Notes: a model not told the origin generated them from the sequence alone. A DNA stretch of 62,199 nucleotides from a virus (IMGVR_UViG_3300024182_000003:1-62199), one strand, 5' to 3'. Numbered from the stretch's first letter, positions 39,384 to 48,928 are shown. Numbers and translations: made by a program.

Positions 39384-39412
39384 ATTTTACACCCTAAGCC
39401 TTGGAAAGTCAA
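39384..39412 (-). promoter_or_regulatory. Sigma70-type promoter
   Basis: TTGACT-17-TAAAAT. Confidence 0.7.
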
Positions 39413-39444
39413 CCCTTATTTATAATCAAATTTGCTAGTGAATT

Positions 39445-39803
39445 TTAGGATAGAGATGGAATTTTAATTACTTTTCTTCTTTGTCTCTTATTATGTGCTT
39501 GTTCCAAAGCGGTTGCCCAACGTAAATTTCCCGGTTCATAATTTCCGTTATTATCAGGATAACGATCTAAACTATAGAGCGAAGATGGACGTGGCCCAAG
39601 ATTGTAATGATCCAATCATAAAAAGCAAGAAAGTTATCTTTCCACTCATCGTATACTTTAATACCGCGTCTACCGTAGTTTTTATAACCTTTATCATTTG
39701 GATTATAACATCGATACATCATACCCTTCCAGGCTCGGTACTCAGGTGTCTGTGATAAACGTGGAATCTTAAGTAAATAGTCGAGATTGTGCATTTGTAT
39801 CAC
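39445..39803 (-). pseudogene. Frameshifted HNH homing endonuclease
   Basis: N-half EY.AW..M..RCYN...Y..YG.RGI.V..EW; C-half LGPRPS..SLDR..DNNGNYEPGNLRWAT..EQ..N continues in another frame from about 39600. Confidence 0.8.
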
Positions 39804-40150
39804 TCTGAAGTGACATTGAACCGTTTTCGGAAAAGATACTCAGGTCGCTGAGGGACTAACGTTGTTTGTGTAACAATTTGAATTTCAGGGAGCCGTTGCT
39901 TATCGTTCCAACGAATAACTAGCTTTACGTTACCAGTCGGAGGTGATGGAAATTCTCTAATAGCCTGATACTCTTTTGCCGAGCACCAACTATTCGATTT
40001 GACCTGGACATAATAGATAAAGTCGAGACCGCTACAAATAAGGTCAAATTCTCCAAAGGAACCACCGGCGCGAGTAACACGATATCCTTCGAATATAAAC
40101 CAATCTCGTGTTTTGTACTCACGCCGATTTCCTTTTTGCTTTCGATTCAA
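39800..40150 (-). CDS. Holliday junction resolvase, Hjc-like
   Basis: KG...E......GY.V.R..GS.G.FDLI.......VQVK. Confidence 0.75.
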   Translation of the reverse strand: MNRKQKGNRREYKTRDWFIFEGYRVTRAGGSFGEFDLICSGLDFIYYVQVKSNSWCSAKEYQAIREFPSPPTGNVKLVIRWNDKQRLPEIQIVTQTTLVPQRPEYLFRKRFNVTSE

Positions 40151-40638
40151 AATGGTGCTCCTTCATCGAAGGGCACTAAATACCGGATCGGTTTACCCTG
40201 ATTCATTGCGTAATCGATTTCGTTTCCAGTGCTATCGCCGATATATCCTCCAACGTTGAGCACAAAGACTTCATCAGCTAAGTCGATCTTACGTAGATGA
40301 AGCTCATCAAGCATTCGTTTCTGATCGACCGTAACGCCTACATCCTCACCGTGTGGAGTTTTAGAGAAGTCCGCGTGAGGATAAAAACCGACAGTTAACA
40401 CGATGTTCCCCTTCATTGTTTCTTCGAAGTTGGCTTGTTGAAACTGTTCGTAGAAACGCGTTGATCCACACAAGACAACGATATGTGGCCTGTCTACCTG
40501 TCCCTCTTCGAATAGTTTAACGACTTCGTTGAAGTTGTTTTCGTGGCAAGCGACCCCAATGGTTCTTTTCTGAACGTTGTTGTTTCCTACCACGGTTACT
40601 TTGTATCCTTCGATTCGCTGTGTCAGTTCCTTTCTCAT
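40147..40638 (-). CDS. DUF4406 / nucleoside 2-deoxyribosyltransferase-like fold protein
   Basis: LCGSTRF...H..KID.ADEVFVLN..GYIG.ST..EI.YA...GK.I.Y. Confidence 0.6.
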   Translation of the reverse strand: MRKELTQRIEGYKVTVVGNNNVQKRTIGVACHENNFNEVVKLFEEGQVDRPHIVVLCGSTRFYEQFQQANFEETMKGNIVLTVGFYPHADFSKTPHGEDVGVTVDQKRMLDELHLRKIDLADEVFVLNVGGYIGDSTGNEIDYAMNQGKPIRYLVPFDEGAPF

Positions 40639-41987
40639 TTCTTTCCTTTCTTGGTTGCGACTTTTTTAGTCGATAACTTCTTAGTTCCAGTCACTTTCTT
40701 TGTCGTTTTCTTAGTGGCTGGTCTTGATTGCTCAGCTTTCCAGTCCGCGTGCTGCTTTGCCAGAAATTCCAAGACTCGTCCAAGTTCATCGTCTGGTATT
40801 TCGGTAACTCTTGTGATACCTACTTCGTCAAGTGGGTTCTCTTCGCGAGATACTAAGTAGGTGGCAATGGTAGTGAAAGCGTCATCCCAGGATTCAAAGA
40901 ATCCACTCTGTTTCATTGCTACGAGTTGATCCTTTACGCTTTCCTGCATAGCAGCTATTTGTTTCGTACTGAGCTTGGTTTGTGTTTGCTCTGGCTTGGG
41001 TTCTTTCGCAGCTTTCTTTGTAACCTTCCTCGTTGAAGATCGTTCTTCGTCTTGTTCTTCCGTGTCTTCACCTGTTTCTTCGTTTTCTTCATTTGGTTCG
41101 AGTCCAGAACCGATCTCAAGTTCCTCAAGGTCTTCCAGGTCTGTCGTAAAGAACTCTGAAGCGTTACAAGCAATAACAGTCGCTCCAACAAAGGAACGTT
41201 TTTGAGCAACACCTTGAATGGTATTGATCACGTCAAAGATATTCGGATTGGTGATTCTATAAACAGTGCTATCAAGCTCGTAAGCTGCATACTTCTTTTT
41301 CTTTCGAGTTTCTTTCTTGATAGCTACTGCTCGACCATCAGCGATAGCTTCTTCCCACATCTTCCAGTAGGTTTCTGGTTTACCGTACTTGCCTTCAGTC
41401 TCAGCTTTCTCGACTGCAAACCTAAACTCGACAATCTTTGAAGCACGTTTTGGAAGATCACCAATTTTGTAACCCAGGAACTTTGCTTCCGTTTCGTCAA
41501 CCCAACGAAAGCGATATCGTGATTCCCAGGAATTGTTTGAACGATCCAGGGATACGATCAAAGTCATTTCTAGATTTCCGTTAGGTGCCAAAATTTGCTT
41601 GAACACATCAGTTCGATAGCTGAAGTAGAACAGTGGTTCTCCGCCGTGATCTTTACCTGTCCAATCCATTATCTCAGCAATAGGATAAATCTTAGGCTTA
41701 AAACCAAAGAACGTAAGAAGCTTTTCTGCTCCAGGCTTGAGAAGGGTTTTCTTTTCGACATCGCCAATAGTACCGAAGTCCTTGCCTTCGACCATCTGGC
41801 CTTTAATAAACTCAAGCATTTGATTGTATCGATCCATTGCTTGAGCAATTGTAAGGGCTGGTGCAAAGTCCGGCCCAATAGACATCGGTTGAGATGACAC
41901 GACCTGAAGAGCTTGCTTAGGCTCGACAAACTGTGCATCTACGGCAGGGGATTCTTTAGCTTTCTTCATTTTGTTCTCCGTTGTCAC
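40635..41987 (-). CDS. Putative recombination (single-strand annealing-like) protein with acidic and Lys-rich tail
   Basis: G.DFG.I...K.TLLKPGAEKL and NTI...AQKR.FV.A blocks; functional call is tentative. Confidence 0.45.
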   Translation of the reverse strand: MTTENKMKKAKESPAVDAQFVEPKQALQVVSSQPMSIGPDFAPALTIAQAMDRYNQMLEFIKGQMVEGKDFGTIGDVEKKTLLKPGAEKLLTFFGFKPKIYPIAEIMDWTGKDHGGEPLFYFSYRTDVFKQILAPNGNLEMTLIVSLDRSNNSWESRYRFRWVDETEAKFLGYKIGDLPKRASKIVEFRFAVEKAETEGKYGKPETYWKMWEEAIADGRAVAIKKETRKKKKYAAYELDSTVYRITNPNIFDVINTIQGVAQKRSFVGATVIACNASEFFTTDLEDLEELEIGSGLEPNEENEETGEDTEEQDEERSSTRKVTKKAAKEPKPEQTQTKLSTKQIAAMQESVKDQLVAMKQSGFFESWDDAFTTIATYLVSREENPLDEVGITRVTEIPDDELGRVLEFLAKQHADWKAEQSRPATKKTTKKVTGTKKLSTKKVATKKGKK

Positions 41988-42382
41988 TCCGGGGTGACAC
42001 TGACTTGTGGATTCGCAAACTGTTCACAGGCCCAATGTCCGCAATGTGGACAAACGGGAATGTCTTCAACTTCACAATTAAAATAACCAAGCAGTAGGCC
42101 GTGTTGACTGGCTGCACGTTCTTCAAGAACTATTAAAATATCACGAAGAAGTAGAAGTGCTCTTCGGTTAGTGCCGTGTGGTTTTTGATTATCGACATAT
42201 TTAATTCTATCGATAAGTACGCGAATAACTTCTTGTGTAGTTGTACCGTGGTAATGACCAACATTGCCTGGAAAGTTATCACCTTCACGTTTAACAAACC
42301 GTAAAGTATGTAGAGGCCATTCGTGGTCTTCCTTATCAAGTTCGGCAAGAATATACTCGTGACCTGGATCGAGAATTTTCAT
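41984..42382 (-). CDS. Possible Acb2/Tad1-like hairpin protein
   Basis: PGH.Y.L...L.F......GTT.QEVI.VLIDR.......P...N..A...L......LE.R pattern recalled from that family. Confidence 0.4.
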   Translation of the reverse strand: MKILDPGHEYILAELDKEDHEWPLHTLRFVKREGDNFPGNVGHYHGTTTQEVIRVLIDRIKYVDNQKPHGTNRRALLLLRDILIVLEERAASQHGLLLGYFNCEVEDIPVCPHCGHWACEQFANPQVSVTPE

Positions 42383-42705
42383 TGTAATGTACCTTGTCCT
42401 TTTGCGTATTTGAGAAAGTATCGAACTTTAGTTTTTTTCCGTTCAATACGTTCTCTATTAGTTAATCCGGCCATAATTTCTGGAACGCCTGCTTCTTCGA
42501 GAAGTTCCATTATTGCTTTCATATCTGAAACCTCACGCGAAATTCGTTCTCGATTATTTCCTTTATCTTCATTTGTGTAGCGTCGAATATTTTCTTCTGG
42601 TTCATCTATTCCGAAACGTAATGCTTTACTTGTAGCCTGAGCTATCTCAGAACATTCTTCCGAGAAGGTTACAAGTAAGTGTTCAAGTTTATTCATCATC
42701 ATCAT
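42379..42705 (-). CDS. MazG-like nucleotide pyrophosphohydrolase
   Basis: EEC.E..QA.SKALRFG.......N...I..E..D. Confidence 0.65.
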   Translation of the reverse strand: MMMMNKLEHLLVTFSEECSEIAQATSKALRFGIDEPEENIRRYTNEDKGNNRERISREVSDMKAIMELLEEAGVPEIMAGLTNRERIERKKTKVRYFLKYAKGQGTLQ

Positions 42706-44194
42706 CCTTTCTCGGCGTCTTACTACTTATCGGTCGCCACAAATTGTCGAAGTGCATTATAGGTGCAGAGTAGACTACTCGATCTACTCCTGTAACTCCA
42801 TCTCGATTCTTGGCTGTAATCAGTTCGGCGATACCTTTGTTAAGATCGGTCTGATTATAAACTTCGTCTCTATAAACAAAGGTTACAACGTCACTATCCT
42901 GTTCGACAGCACCCGTATTTCTAAGGTCTGAAAGAATAGGCCGATGTCCTCCCTGTCCATCCTTACGTCTTTCACATTCTCGATTGAGTTGTACTAGCAC
43001 TATTATAGGTAGATCGAACTCGATTGAGATTTGAACTAGACCGTTTGACTTTTCCGTAGTCTCAGCAGTAAGTCCGTCACTTCGGAGTGACGCCATTAGA
43101 TCGAGATAATCTATGATCAGTAGATCAAGTTTACCGTGCTTGAGAATGAACTGTCGTACACTACTACGAATATCTAACCAAGTTTCTCCACCTGTATCAT
43201 CGATATGGATCGGCAAGTTCTCGAAAGTATCCAGGGCATCCGCTACCCGTTCCCACTCTTCTTTGTCTAAATCAGCGTGTCGTAATCTTGTGGCATTGAC
43301 TCTTGCTATAGCGGCAATATATCGTTCAACAGTTCGCTTAGCTTTCATCTCGTAAGACTTATGAAAGACAATGTAGTTCTTTTTCGCTGCATATAGACCA
43401 ACGCCAACAGCAAGAGAAGTTTTTCCCATCGAAGGTCTGCCAGCAATAGTATAGTAGCCCTGTCGTAACCCACCTAACCGTGCATCAAAATCGTTGAGTC
43501 CTGTGGGTAGGCCAATAAGAGCACCAGGATTTTCAGCACGTATTCTAAGCTCTTCTGCGAATTCATCGGCACCTTCTTTAGCTGAATAAATCCTTCCACC
43601 GCTATTGAAGGGTAATAGAGAAAGAAGTTCTGTTTGAGCGAAGGTGAGAACTTTGCCAAGGTCTTCTTCTTCGAAGCAGAGTTCAATGATTTTATTTGCG
43701 AAGGTAATGAACTGACGAAGCTGCGACTTGTCCTTGATAAGTCGTGCATAGTATTCAATAGTATCTGTTCGCGGGACTCCATCGATAAGAGAAGAGAGAT
43801 ACGATCCACCACCAATTTGCTCTAATTCTCCGAAGCGTCTTAGCTCGCCTCCAAGTGTAATCATATCGATTGGAAGTTGTTGTTCGTGTACGCTAATCAT
43901 TCTTTCAAAAATACGTCTATGTGATTCGAGAAAGAAGTCTTGCCGTCTTAAGAGTTCTATTGCTTGATCTATGATATGTCCTGATTTACCGAAGCTGTCT
44001 AGTAAGATTGCGCCCAAGACAGAACGTTCTGATTCGAGATCACTTGGTAATCCTTTTTCGAAGAATGGATCATTACCTGTAGCTCGGTTGCCTTTATAGG
44101 TAACGACCTTGCGGGTGATACTAGATGGTGGTTTGCCTTTTTTGACAACGACTCGTTTACTCTTAGTCGAAGGCTGATTTTTTTTGTTTTTCAT
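42689..44194 (-). CDS. dnaB: Replicative DNA helicase
   Basis: P...E.E.SVLGAIL, GRPSMGKT, IIDYL.LM, QLNR, P.LSDLR.TG.VEQD.D, KNR.G. Confidence 0.95.
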   Translation of the reverse strand: MKNKKNQPSTKSKRVVVKKGKPPSSITRKVVTYKGNRATGNDPFFEKGLPSDLESERSVLGAILLDSFGKSGHIIDQAIELLRRQDFFLESHRRIFERMISVHEQQLPIDMITLGGELRRFGELEQIGGGSYLSSLIDGVPRTDTIEYYARLIKDKSQLRQFITFANKIIELCFEEEDLGKVLTFAQTELLSLLPFNSGGRIYSAKEGADEFAEELRIRAENPGALIGLPTGLNDFDARLGGLRQGYYTIAGRPSMGKTSLAVGVGLYAAKKNYIVFHKSYEMKAKRTVERYIAAIARVNATRLRHADLDKEEWERVADALDTFENLPIHIDDTGGETWLDIRSSVRQFILKHGKLDLLIIDYLDLMASLRSDGLTAETTEKSNGLVQISIEFDLPIIVLVQLNRECERRKDGQGGHRPILSDLRNTGAVEQDSDVVTFVYRDEVYNQTDLNKGIAELITAKNRDGVTGVDRVVYSAPIMHFDNLWRPISSKTPRKDDDDE

Positions 44195-44435
44195 TCTTCT
44201 GTTTAGGGTCTACACTTGCATCGTTCCAGGTATTAAACTGCGTAGGATCAATAATAGTTCTCGTGACAACAACCGGAGGACGGCATCGAGGACAAGGCTT
44301 GTATATATCCTTGCCTACCTTAACGATGAATAGGTCTTTACAAAGTCGGCAATTAGGCTTTTCTTTTCTTGGCTTTGCTTTTCTTGCCAACTGTCGCAGT
44401 GCCTCTATCGCCTGACTTGTTTTTGTTTGCCTCAA
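44163..44435 (-). CDS. Small Zn-finger-like protein
   Basis: CRLC...CPRC. Confidence 0.45.
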   Translation of the reverse strand: MRQTKTSQAIEALRQLARKAKPRKEKPNCRLCKDLFIVKVGKDIYKPCPRCRPPVVVTRTIIDPTQFNTWNDASVDPKQKNEKQKKSAFD

Positions 44436-44817
44436 GAGTCCTTCCTCGTTGAATAGCTGCTTCGATTATTTCTTTTATATCCGCATAGAATGGCCCGTCA
44501 TTTCTTCGTAATCCACTTTTGTCTTTACCACCTTCAAGTTTTACTACATTCTCACCACAATTACGGCATCTAATAAGTAGCTTTACAATACGGTATCTAT
44601 TAGTTAGCTCAGCAGCGATACTGTCAACATCTATAGGATAGTCATAAGGTCTATTAGGATAGAGTGTATCCTTTCCCTCTGCAAAGCCTTCAAGTATAAG
44701 ATAGCGTATTGGACGACGATCAAGTTCAGACTCCTTTTGTTTATTAGCGAGATTTTCTGCAAGCTGTGCTTGCTTTCGCTCTGTTTCAGTCTGCGAGTTT
44801 CTCGCCATCAACGTCAC
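44353..44817 (-). CDS. Hypothetical protein
   Basis: 154-aa ORF in replication operon. Confidence 0.5.
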   Translation of the reverse strand: MTLMARNSQTETERKQAQLAENLANKQKESELDRRPIRYLILEGFAEGKDTLYPNRPYDYPIDVDSIAAELTNRYRIVKLLIRCRNCGENVVKLEGGKDKSGLRRNDGPFYADIKEIIEAAIQRGRTLEANKNKSGDRGTATVGKKSKAKKRKA

Positions 44818-45007
44818 TCCGAGGTGACACAGGATTCAATCTACTAAACGTACTTTGAAAACAAGCTTCAGCGGAATCGAACTGAGCGTGACAGTCTTTG
44901 CACTGGTAAAGCGTATTCAGTTCTCCACCGCAATTGATACACCTAGCAGTACCGTAGTCCAATGGTACTGATATTTGATCCGAACTGTACTTGATATTAT
45001 CAGTCAT
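44786..45007 (-). CDS. Small Zn-ribbon protein
   Basis: CINC...CKDC; GAGGT RBS. Confidence 0.5.
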   Translation of the reverse strand: MTDNIKYSSDQISVPLDYGTARCINCGGELNTLYQCKDCHAQFDSAEACFQSTFSRLNPVSPRSDVDGEKLAD

Positions 45008-45204
45008 CTATCTACCTCGTTGAGTAATACTAACGTTCACATAATCCTGTATTGCTTTACGTTCGTTAGCACCTAAATGAGTTTCTTTTGCGATTACGTT
45101 TCCAGTTAACGTCATTACTATGACTTCTCGAACTGTTACTTGATCAAGAAGTAATAATTCACAGGAAACGTTTGGGTCTTCAGGAATAACGATGACTTTA
45201 TATT

Positions 45205-46182
45205 TCATAGGTCTCCTTTTTTCGGAGGTTGTCCATTGAGATGTTGCTTGCAAAACGACACGTAGGAACCCCAATGTTTCAGAATTGTTTCCGGTGATGG
45301 TGGATCAAACGGCCTGCCCGAGCTTGTCTTAGATGTCCACCAAACTCCAAATCCGATAATCAACTTGTTGATATCTTCATCGGACTTGCTCGTATATAAG
45401 CTTCGTATTCGACTTTCTGTGCGTCCAATTCTTGATCCTGTGCCTGAAGGTGCGATTTCAAGATAGATCGCTGATGCCTCAACGATAGCATCAAAAACTA
45501 GATTTCGCTCCCTTTTCTTCTTCGGAGATTTCGCGGCCTCTTTATTAACTATGCTAGATTGTTGAGATGAAGTTTCATTATCTTTTACTACTTTATAGTC
45601 GAATAACTCATCATCCTGGTGTGGCACGATAGTTGCTCTTATATTATTATTACTAGTAGAAGATTTGTTATCTTCGGTATTTGTAATGTTAGAGTCTTGT
45701 ATAAATGCCCTATATCTCTCGGTGCAAAATATCGATTTAAGAAAAGTCTCTTTTTCATTTTCATCGAGGTCTTCGAAAACCTCAATTGCTGAATTTACGT
45801 CCATTTCTCGCTCTGTCACTTTGAAGTGACGGGCCTCTTCAATTAAAAGATCGGCTATAGTATCAAGGTGAAGCTTTAGATTTCGATGTTGACTTTTTTT
45901 TGCTGAATCTACTTGTAGTAATTGGCTTGTAATAAATCTGCGATTCATTGCTTTAATGGTTGGCTTCCGTAAACCGCTATCCTCTGCTAGTTTCGTTAAG
46001 GTGTAGCTAAACCACCCTCGAATATTCGTTGCTTTACTTTGTTTGAGTAGTAGGGTCATTATAACAGCGGCGTCAGCACTACCCCCCAAGATTCGAATCA
46101 ACGCCGGAGAAACGGAAATGTTTTCTTCAGCGTAAGTGTATAGGACTGCCTTATGTTTATCCGAAAGCTCGTTCCAGGACAT
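45205..46182 (-). CDS. Putative replication initiator
   Basis: N-terminal wHTH-like GWF......L.EDSGL, low-complexity AT-rich linker, C-terminal P.P.TI.KHW; upstream of dnaB. Confidence 0.6.
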   Translation of the reverse strand: MSWNELSDKHKAVLYTYAEENISVSPALIRILGGSADAAVIMTLLLKQSKATNIRGWFSYTLTKLAEDSGLRKPTIKAMNRRFITSQLLQVDSAKKSQHRNLKLHLDTIADLLIEEARHFKVTEREMDVNSAIEVFEDLDENEKETFLKSIFCTERYRAFIQDSNITNTEDNKSSTSNNNIRATIVPHQDDELFDYKVVKDNETSSQQSSIVNKEAAKSPKKKRERNLVFDAIVEASAIYLEIAPSGTGSRIGRTESRIRSLYTSKSDEDINKLIIGFGVWWTSKTSSGRPFDPPSPETILKHWGSYVSFCKQHLNGQPPKKGDL

Positions 46183-46234
46183 TTATCTATAACACCGTAT
46201 ATGAATCTAAAAGACACTGCTTAAGCCCTTCAGT

Positions 46235-46263
46235 ATTGTAACCGAAAAACCTAACCAAGTCAA
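46235..46263 (-). promoter_or_regulatory. Sigma70-type promoter for the initiator/dnaB operon
   Basis: TTGACT-17-TACAAT. Confidence 0.7.
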
Positions 46264-46346
46264 TATGTGGCCGAGTATAAGAAAAAGGCTGCGACCGTTG
46301 CATTACGTCGCAGCCCAATGTCACTTCGGAGTGATCTTTGTGTGGA

Positions 46347-47639
46347 TCACATTGGAGGTTCTTCGTCAGCTTTCTTGCCTTTCTTTGCGGGAGGCTTTGG
46401 GATTGATGCTTCCTTCTTTTTCCCGATTGGCTCTTTACCCTCTCGAACGCGCTTGGCTTTCTTGAGGATGTCTTGAGCTTTCTTTTGAGATTCCTTGGCG
46501 GTCTCTTCAAGTTTCGAAGCTGCCTCAGTTCTCTTTTGCTCTTCGCTGATCTTAGTGACTCGTTCCTTGATCTTAGCCTTGATTGTTGCCGGGTCTGAGA
46601 TATTCTTCTTGGGGCTATCAAGCATCTTGACATAGGCTGCCCGTTCTCCTTCTGGTAGTTTCTCCGCAGCCTTGATCACTGAATCTCTTACTTTCTTCAG
46701 TGCGTTAGCCTTCTTAGTCTCAGCAGCAATCTCTGTCAGACGAGCTTTGACGAGTTCCTTGATTTCGTCAAGGTCAGTTCCTTCCTTGTCGGCCATCTTT
46801 GCGTACTTGGCTTGTTCATCGGCAGGGAGTTTCTTGACGACTGTTGTAATGGCGTCTTGTCTTGCCTTCTCGTCAACTTCGTCTGCGTAATCAGGATCGA
46901 TGTGGTACTTCTTGGCGTGTGCCCACTCTTTGTCCAGGAATTGAGAATACGCCAAGGCACCTTCGTCTGCTTCTTTGCCCCTGATTGTAACGTGAAGTGG
47001 ATCATAGATTCTGTCACCACGTTCACGTTCGTATCCTGGGCCTTTCGAAAACTCTCTTACTTCCTTAGCTAGGCGTTCAACAGTCCACGTCTTGCCTTTA
47101 TCCTTACCTTCCTTGTCGCCGGCGATTGCATCCTTGATGAATTTCTTGATCTGCGGCTTTTCAAGGGAAGTGAGTTTTCGGAAGTGTGAGAATGTGAGAA
47201 GTGGCTTACGTGTTTCAGGATCAAGAGCGAGTTCTCGAAGCTCGTGAGGAATCTTATTTCCCACGCTATTCATATTTCTGAGAGTCGCAGGGTCTTTACC
47301 TGAGATCGCAGCCGCTTGGTGATACTTCTCTCTGTAGGTGAATTGACCGTAGTTGAGGTAATCAACCCACGCCCACTCCATTGCATCATCTGCTACCGTA
47401 AGATCGTTCCCTATCTGTTCATACTCTTCGAAGGGCATATCCTTCTTCATCAACAAGCCTACAGGTGTCAATACTACGTTCTTATCCTTGGCAAGTGATG
47501 CGAAAGAGTTTCTTGTTGCGATAGCATTTGGTGGTATTTCACCTTCCAGGAATTGAGGTTCGGCTATTACCTTGGCTTTCTTCTTGGTTTTTACCTTACC
47601 TTCTTCTTCGTCTTTTGTTACTACTTTTTTCTTCGCCAT
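46347..47639 (-). CDS. Lys/Glu-rich putative DNA-binding protein with LmbU-like N-terminal domain
   Basis: W.W.DYLNYG...Y.EKY.QAA...G....TLRN...V.....LTFSHF; charged helical C-terminus. Confidence 0.6.
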   Translation of the reverse strand: MAKKKVVTKDEEEGKVKTKKKAKVIAEPQFLEGEIPPNAIATRNSFASLAKDKNVVLTPVGLLMKKDMPFEEYEQIGNDLTVADDAMEWAWVDYLNYGQFTYREKYHQAAAISGKDPATLRNMNSVGNKIPHELRELALDPETRKPLLTFSHFRKLTSLEKPQIKKFIKDAIAGDKEGKDKGKTWTVERLAKEVREFSKGPGYERERGDRIYDPLHVTIRGKEADEGALAYSQFLDKEWAHAKKYHIDPDYADEVDEKARQDAITTVVKKLPADEQAKYAKMADKEGTDLDEIKELVKARLTEIAAETKKANALKKVRDSVIKAAEKLPEGERAAYVKMLDSPKKNISDPATIKAKIKERVTKISEEQKRTEAASKLEETAKESQKKAQDILKKAKRVREGKEPIGKKKEASIPKPPAKKGKKADEEPPM

Positions 47640-48082
47640 ATCCTATCCTTTCCTGACATACCAGAATTGACGGTGATAGTCAGTGTTCCGAGGTTAACTG
47701 CTTTATCACTCTGAAGTGACATTGAACTATCCATAACATCCATTCTACCTAACTGGTCTGAGGTGTCAAGCTCAAAAGTGAGGATTTCAAGTTGTAGGCA
47801 AAAAATATAGAGTTTTAGATGATCTTCCCTTAATCCACCCCAGGTAGCAGCTTCAGGATTGAAGATAGTGGCGAAAGCTTTGATATGCTCAACAAGTAAG
47901 GTCTCTTCGTTGTAATCCAGGATTCCGTCAGTTCTAAAAGACGGGTGTTTTAGCATCCATAAATGGAGTTGCAACTTACGAGCCTTTTCTATTAGCTGTC
48001 TTTTTGTTTTTGTGATTTTCATAAGGAACCTGAGCCGCGCTTCTTCCGATATGGGCTGCTTGTAGCCATTCGATTGCATCAC
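47621..48082 (-). CDS. Hypothetical protein
   Basis: ORF in operon; start uncertain. Confidence 0.45.
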   Translation of the reverse strand: MMQSNGYKQPISEEARLRFLMKITKTKRQLIEKARKLQLHLWMLKHPSFRTDGILDYNEETLLVEHIKAFATIFNPEAATWGGLREDHLKLYIFCLQLEILTFELDTSDQLGRMDVMDSSMSLQSDKAVNLGTLTITVNSGMSGKDRIWRRKK

Positions 48083-48245
48083 TAGTGCAGTCGGTTACGA
48101 TAAAGTTACCATACGGCCCTGATCCTTTATCAATGCCTAAGCAGAATCCTTGTTCTTCGCAAAACTTCGATAGATCGTTTAGGAACTTATCAATGTCTGG
48201 TCTAATGATTCGTTTTTCGTGAAGATAAGAATATCTGGCTGGCAT
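47976..48245 (-). CDS. Hypothetical protein
   Basis: ATG adjacent to previous stop. Confidence 0.45.
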   Translation of the reverse strand: MPARYSYLHEKRIIRPDIDKFLNDLSKFCEEQGFCLGIDKGSGPYGNFIVTDCTSDAIEWLQAAHIGRSAAQVPYENHKNKKTANRKGS

Positions 48246-48533
48246 TTATTCTTCCTTACGATTTAGCTTTGTTCTAAATCCAACTGCACTTGGATGTAAG
48301 CAACGACCTGTCATAGCCGGACAAGAACAACTTCCTGTTATGACATCTACGTTGTATCTTTGTCCACCTTCTTTGCTTAAGACAGACCATAAGTTTTTCG
48401 TACCCGGAATAGGCTTTGCTGTAATAGCGTAAACTAGAAATTCGAGTATCCTATCGTCTCTTTTGCAAAATGGTTTAGCGAGTTTTAGGAGTTTATAGAA
48501 AGCTTCTTCTTCTTTAGCTTTTAGCTCGATCAT
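48246..48533 (-). CDS. SWIM-type Zn-finger protein
   Basis: Y.V.....CSCP.....C.H. Confidence 0.65.
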   Translation of the reverse strand: MIELKAKEEEAFYKLLKLAKPFCKRDDRILEFLVYAITAKPIPGTKNLWSVLSKEGGQRYNVDVITGSCSCPAMTGRCLHPSAVGFRTKLNRKEE

Positions 48534-48843
48534 TTTTACTCGGTCTACCTACTGGACGTTTGTTCTTATTGAATCTGTCCAGTGTAGATTGATAGAAATA
48601 GATTCTTCGCTTGGCTGTATCGCGTCTATCAATAGTGAGGTTCTTTGCTATATAGACGTGATACTTCAATGCAGCCATTGATGGGAGTTCGCAGTAATCA
48701 ACTGCTTCTGCTGACGTGAATTGTCTTTGTCTAGGTTCCATTTGTTCGGTTCGTCCTTTTCTTGAGATCGTTGACATAGCGAGGTTTTTTTGGTAGAATC
48801 TTCTTGGCTCGCCGGTAGGTTGAACCGTCATTGAACCTAACAC
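48514..48843 (-). CDS. Putative HTH DNA-binding protein (first gene of the leftward operon)
   Basis: FT..EA..Y.....ALKYH...F..S.LD.F....RPVGRP; alternative start 48741. Confidence 0.55.
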   Translation of the reverse strand: MLGSMTVQPTGEPRRFYQKNLAMSTISRKGRTEQMEPRQRQFTSAEAVDYCELPSMAALKYHVYIAKNLTIDRRDTAKRRIYFYQSTLDRFNKNKRPVGRPSKNDRAKS

Positions 48844-48899
48844 TTTGCTGTACTCCTAAAAGTTACTTCATCACTTTGAAGTGACATTGCATAGTTAGG

Positions 48900-48928
48900 A
48901 TTATAGCAAAGTATGTTTTTATAGTCAA
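48900..48928 (-). promoter_or_regulatory. Near-consensus leftward sigma70 promoter flanked by two 18-bp dyads
   Basis: TTGACT-17-TATAAT; dyads at 48869 and 48980. Confidence 0.8.
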
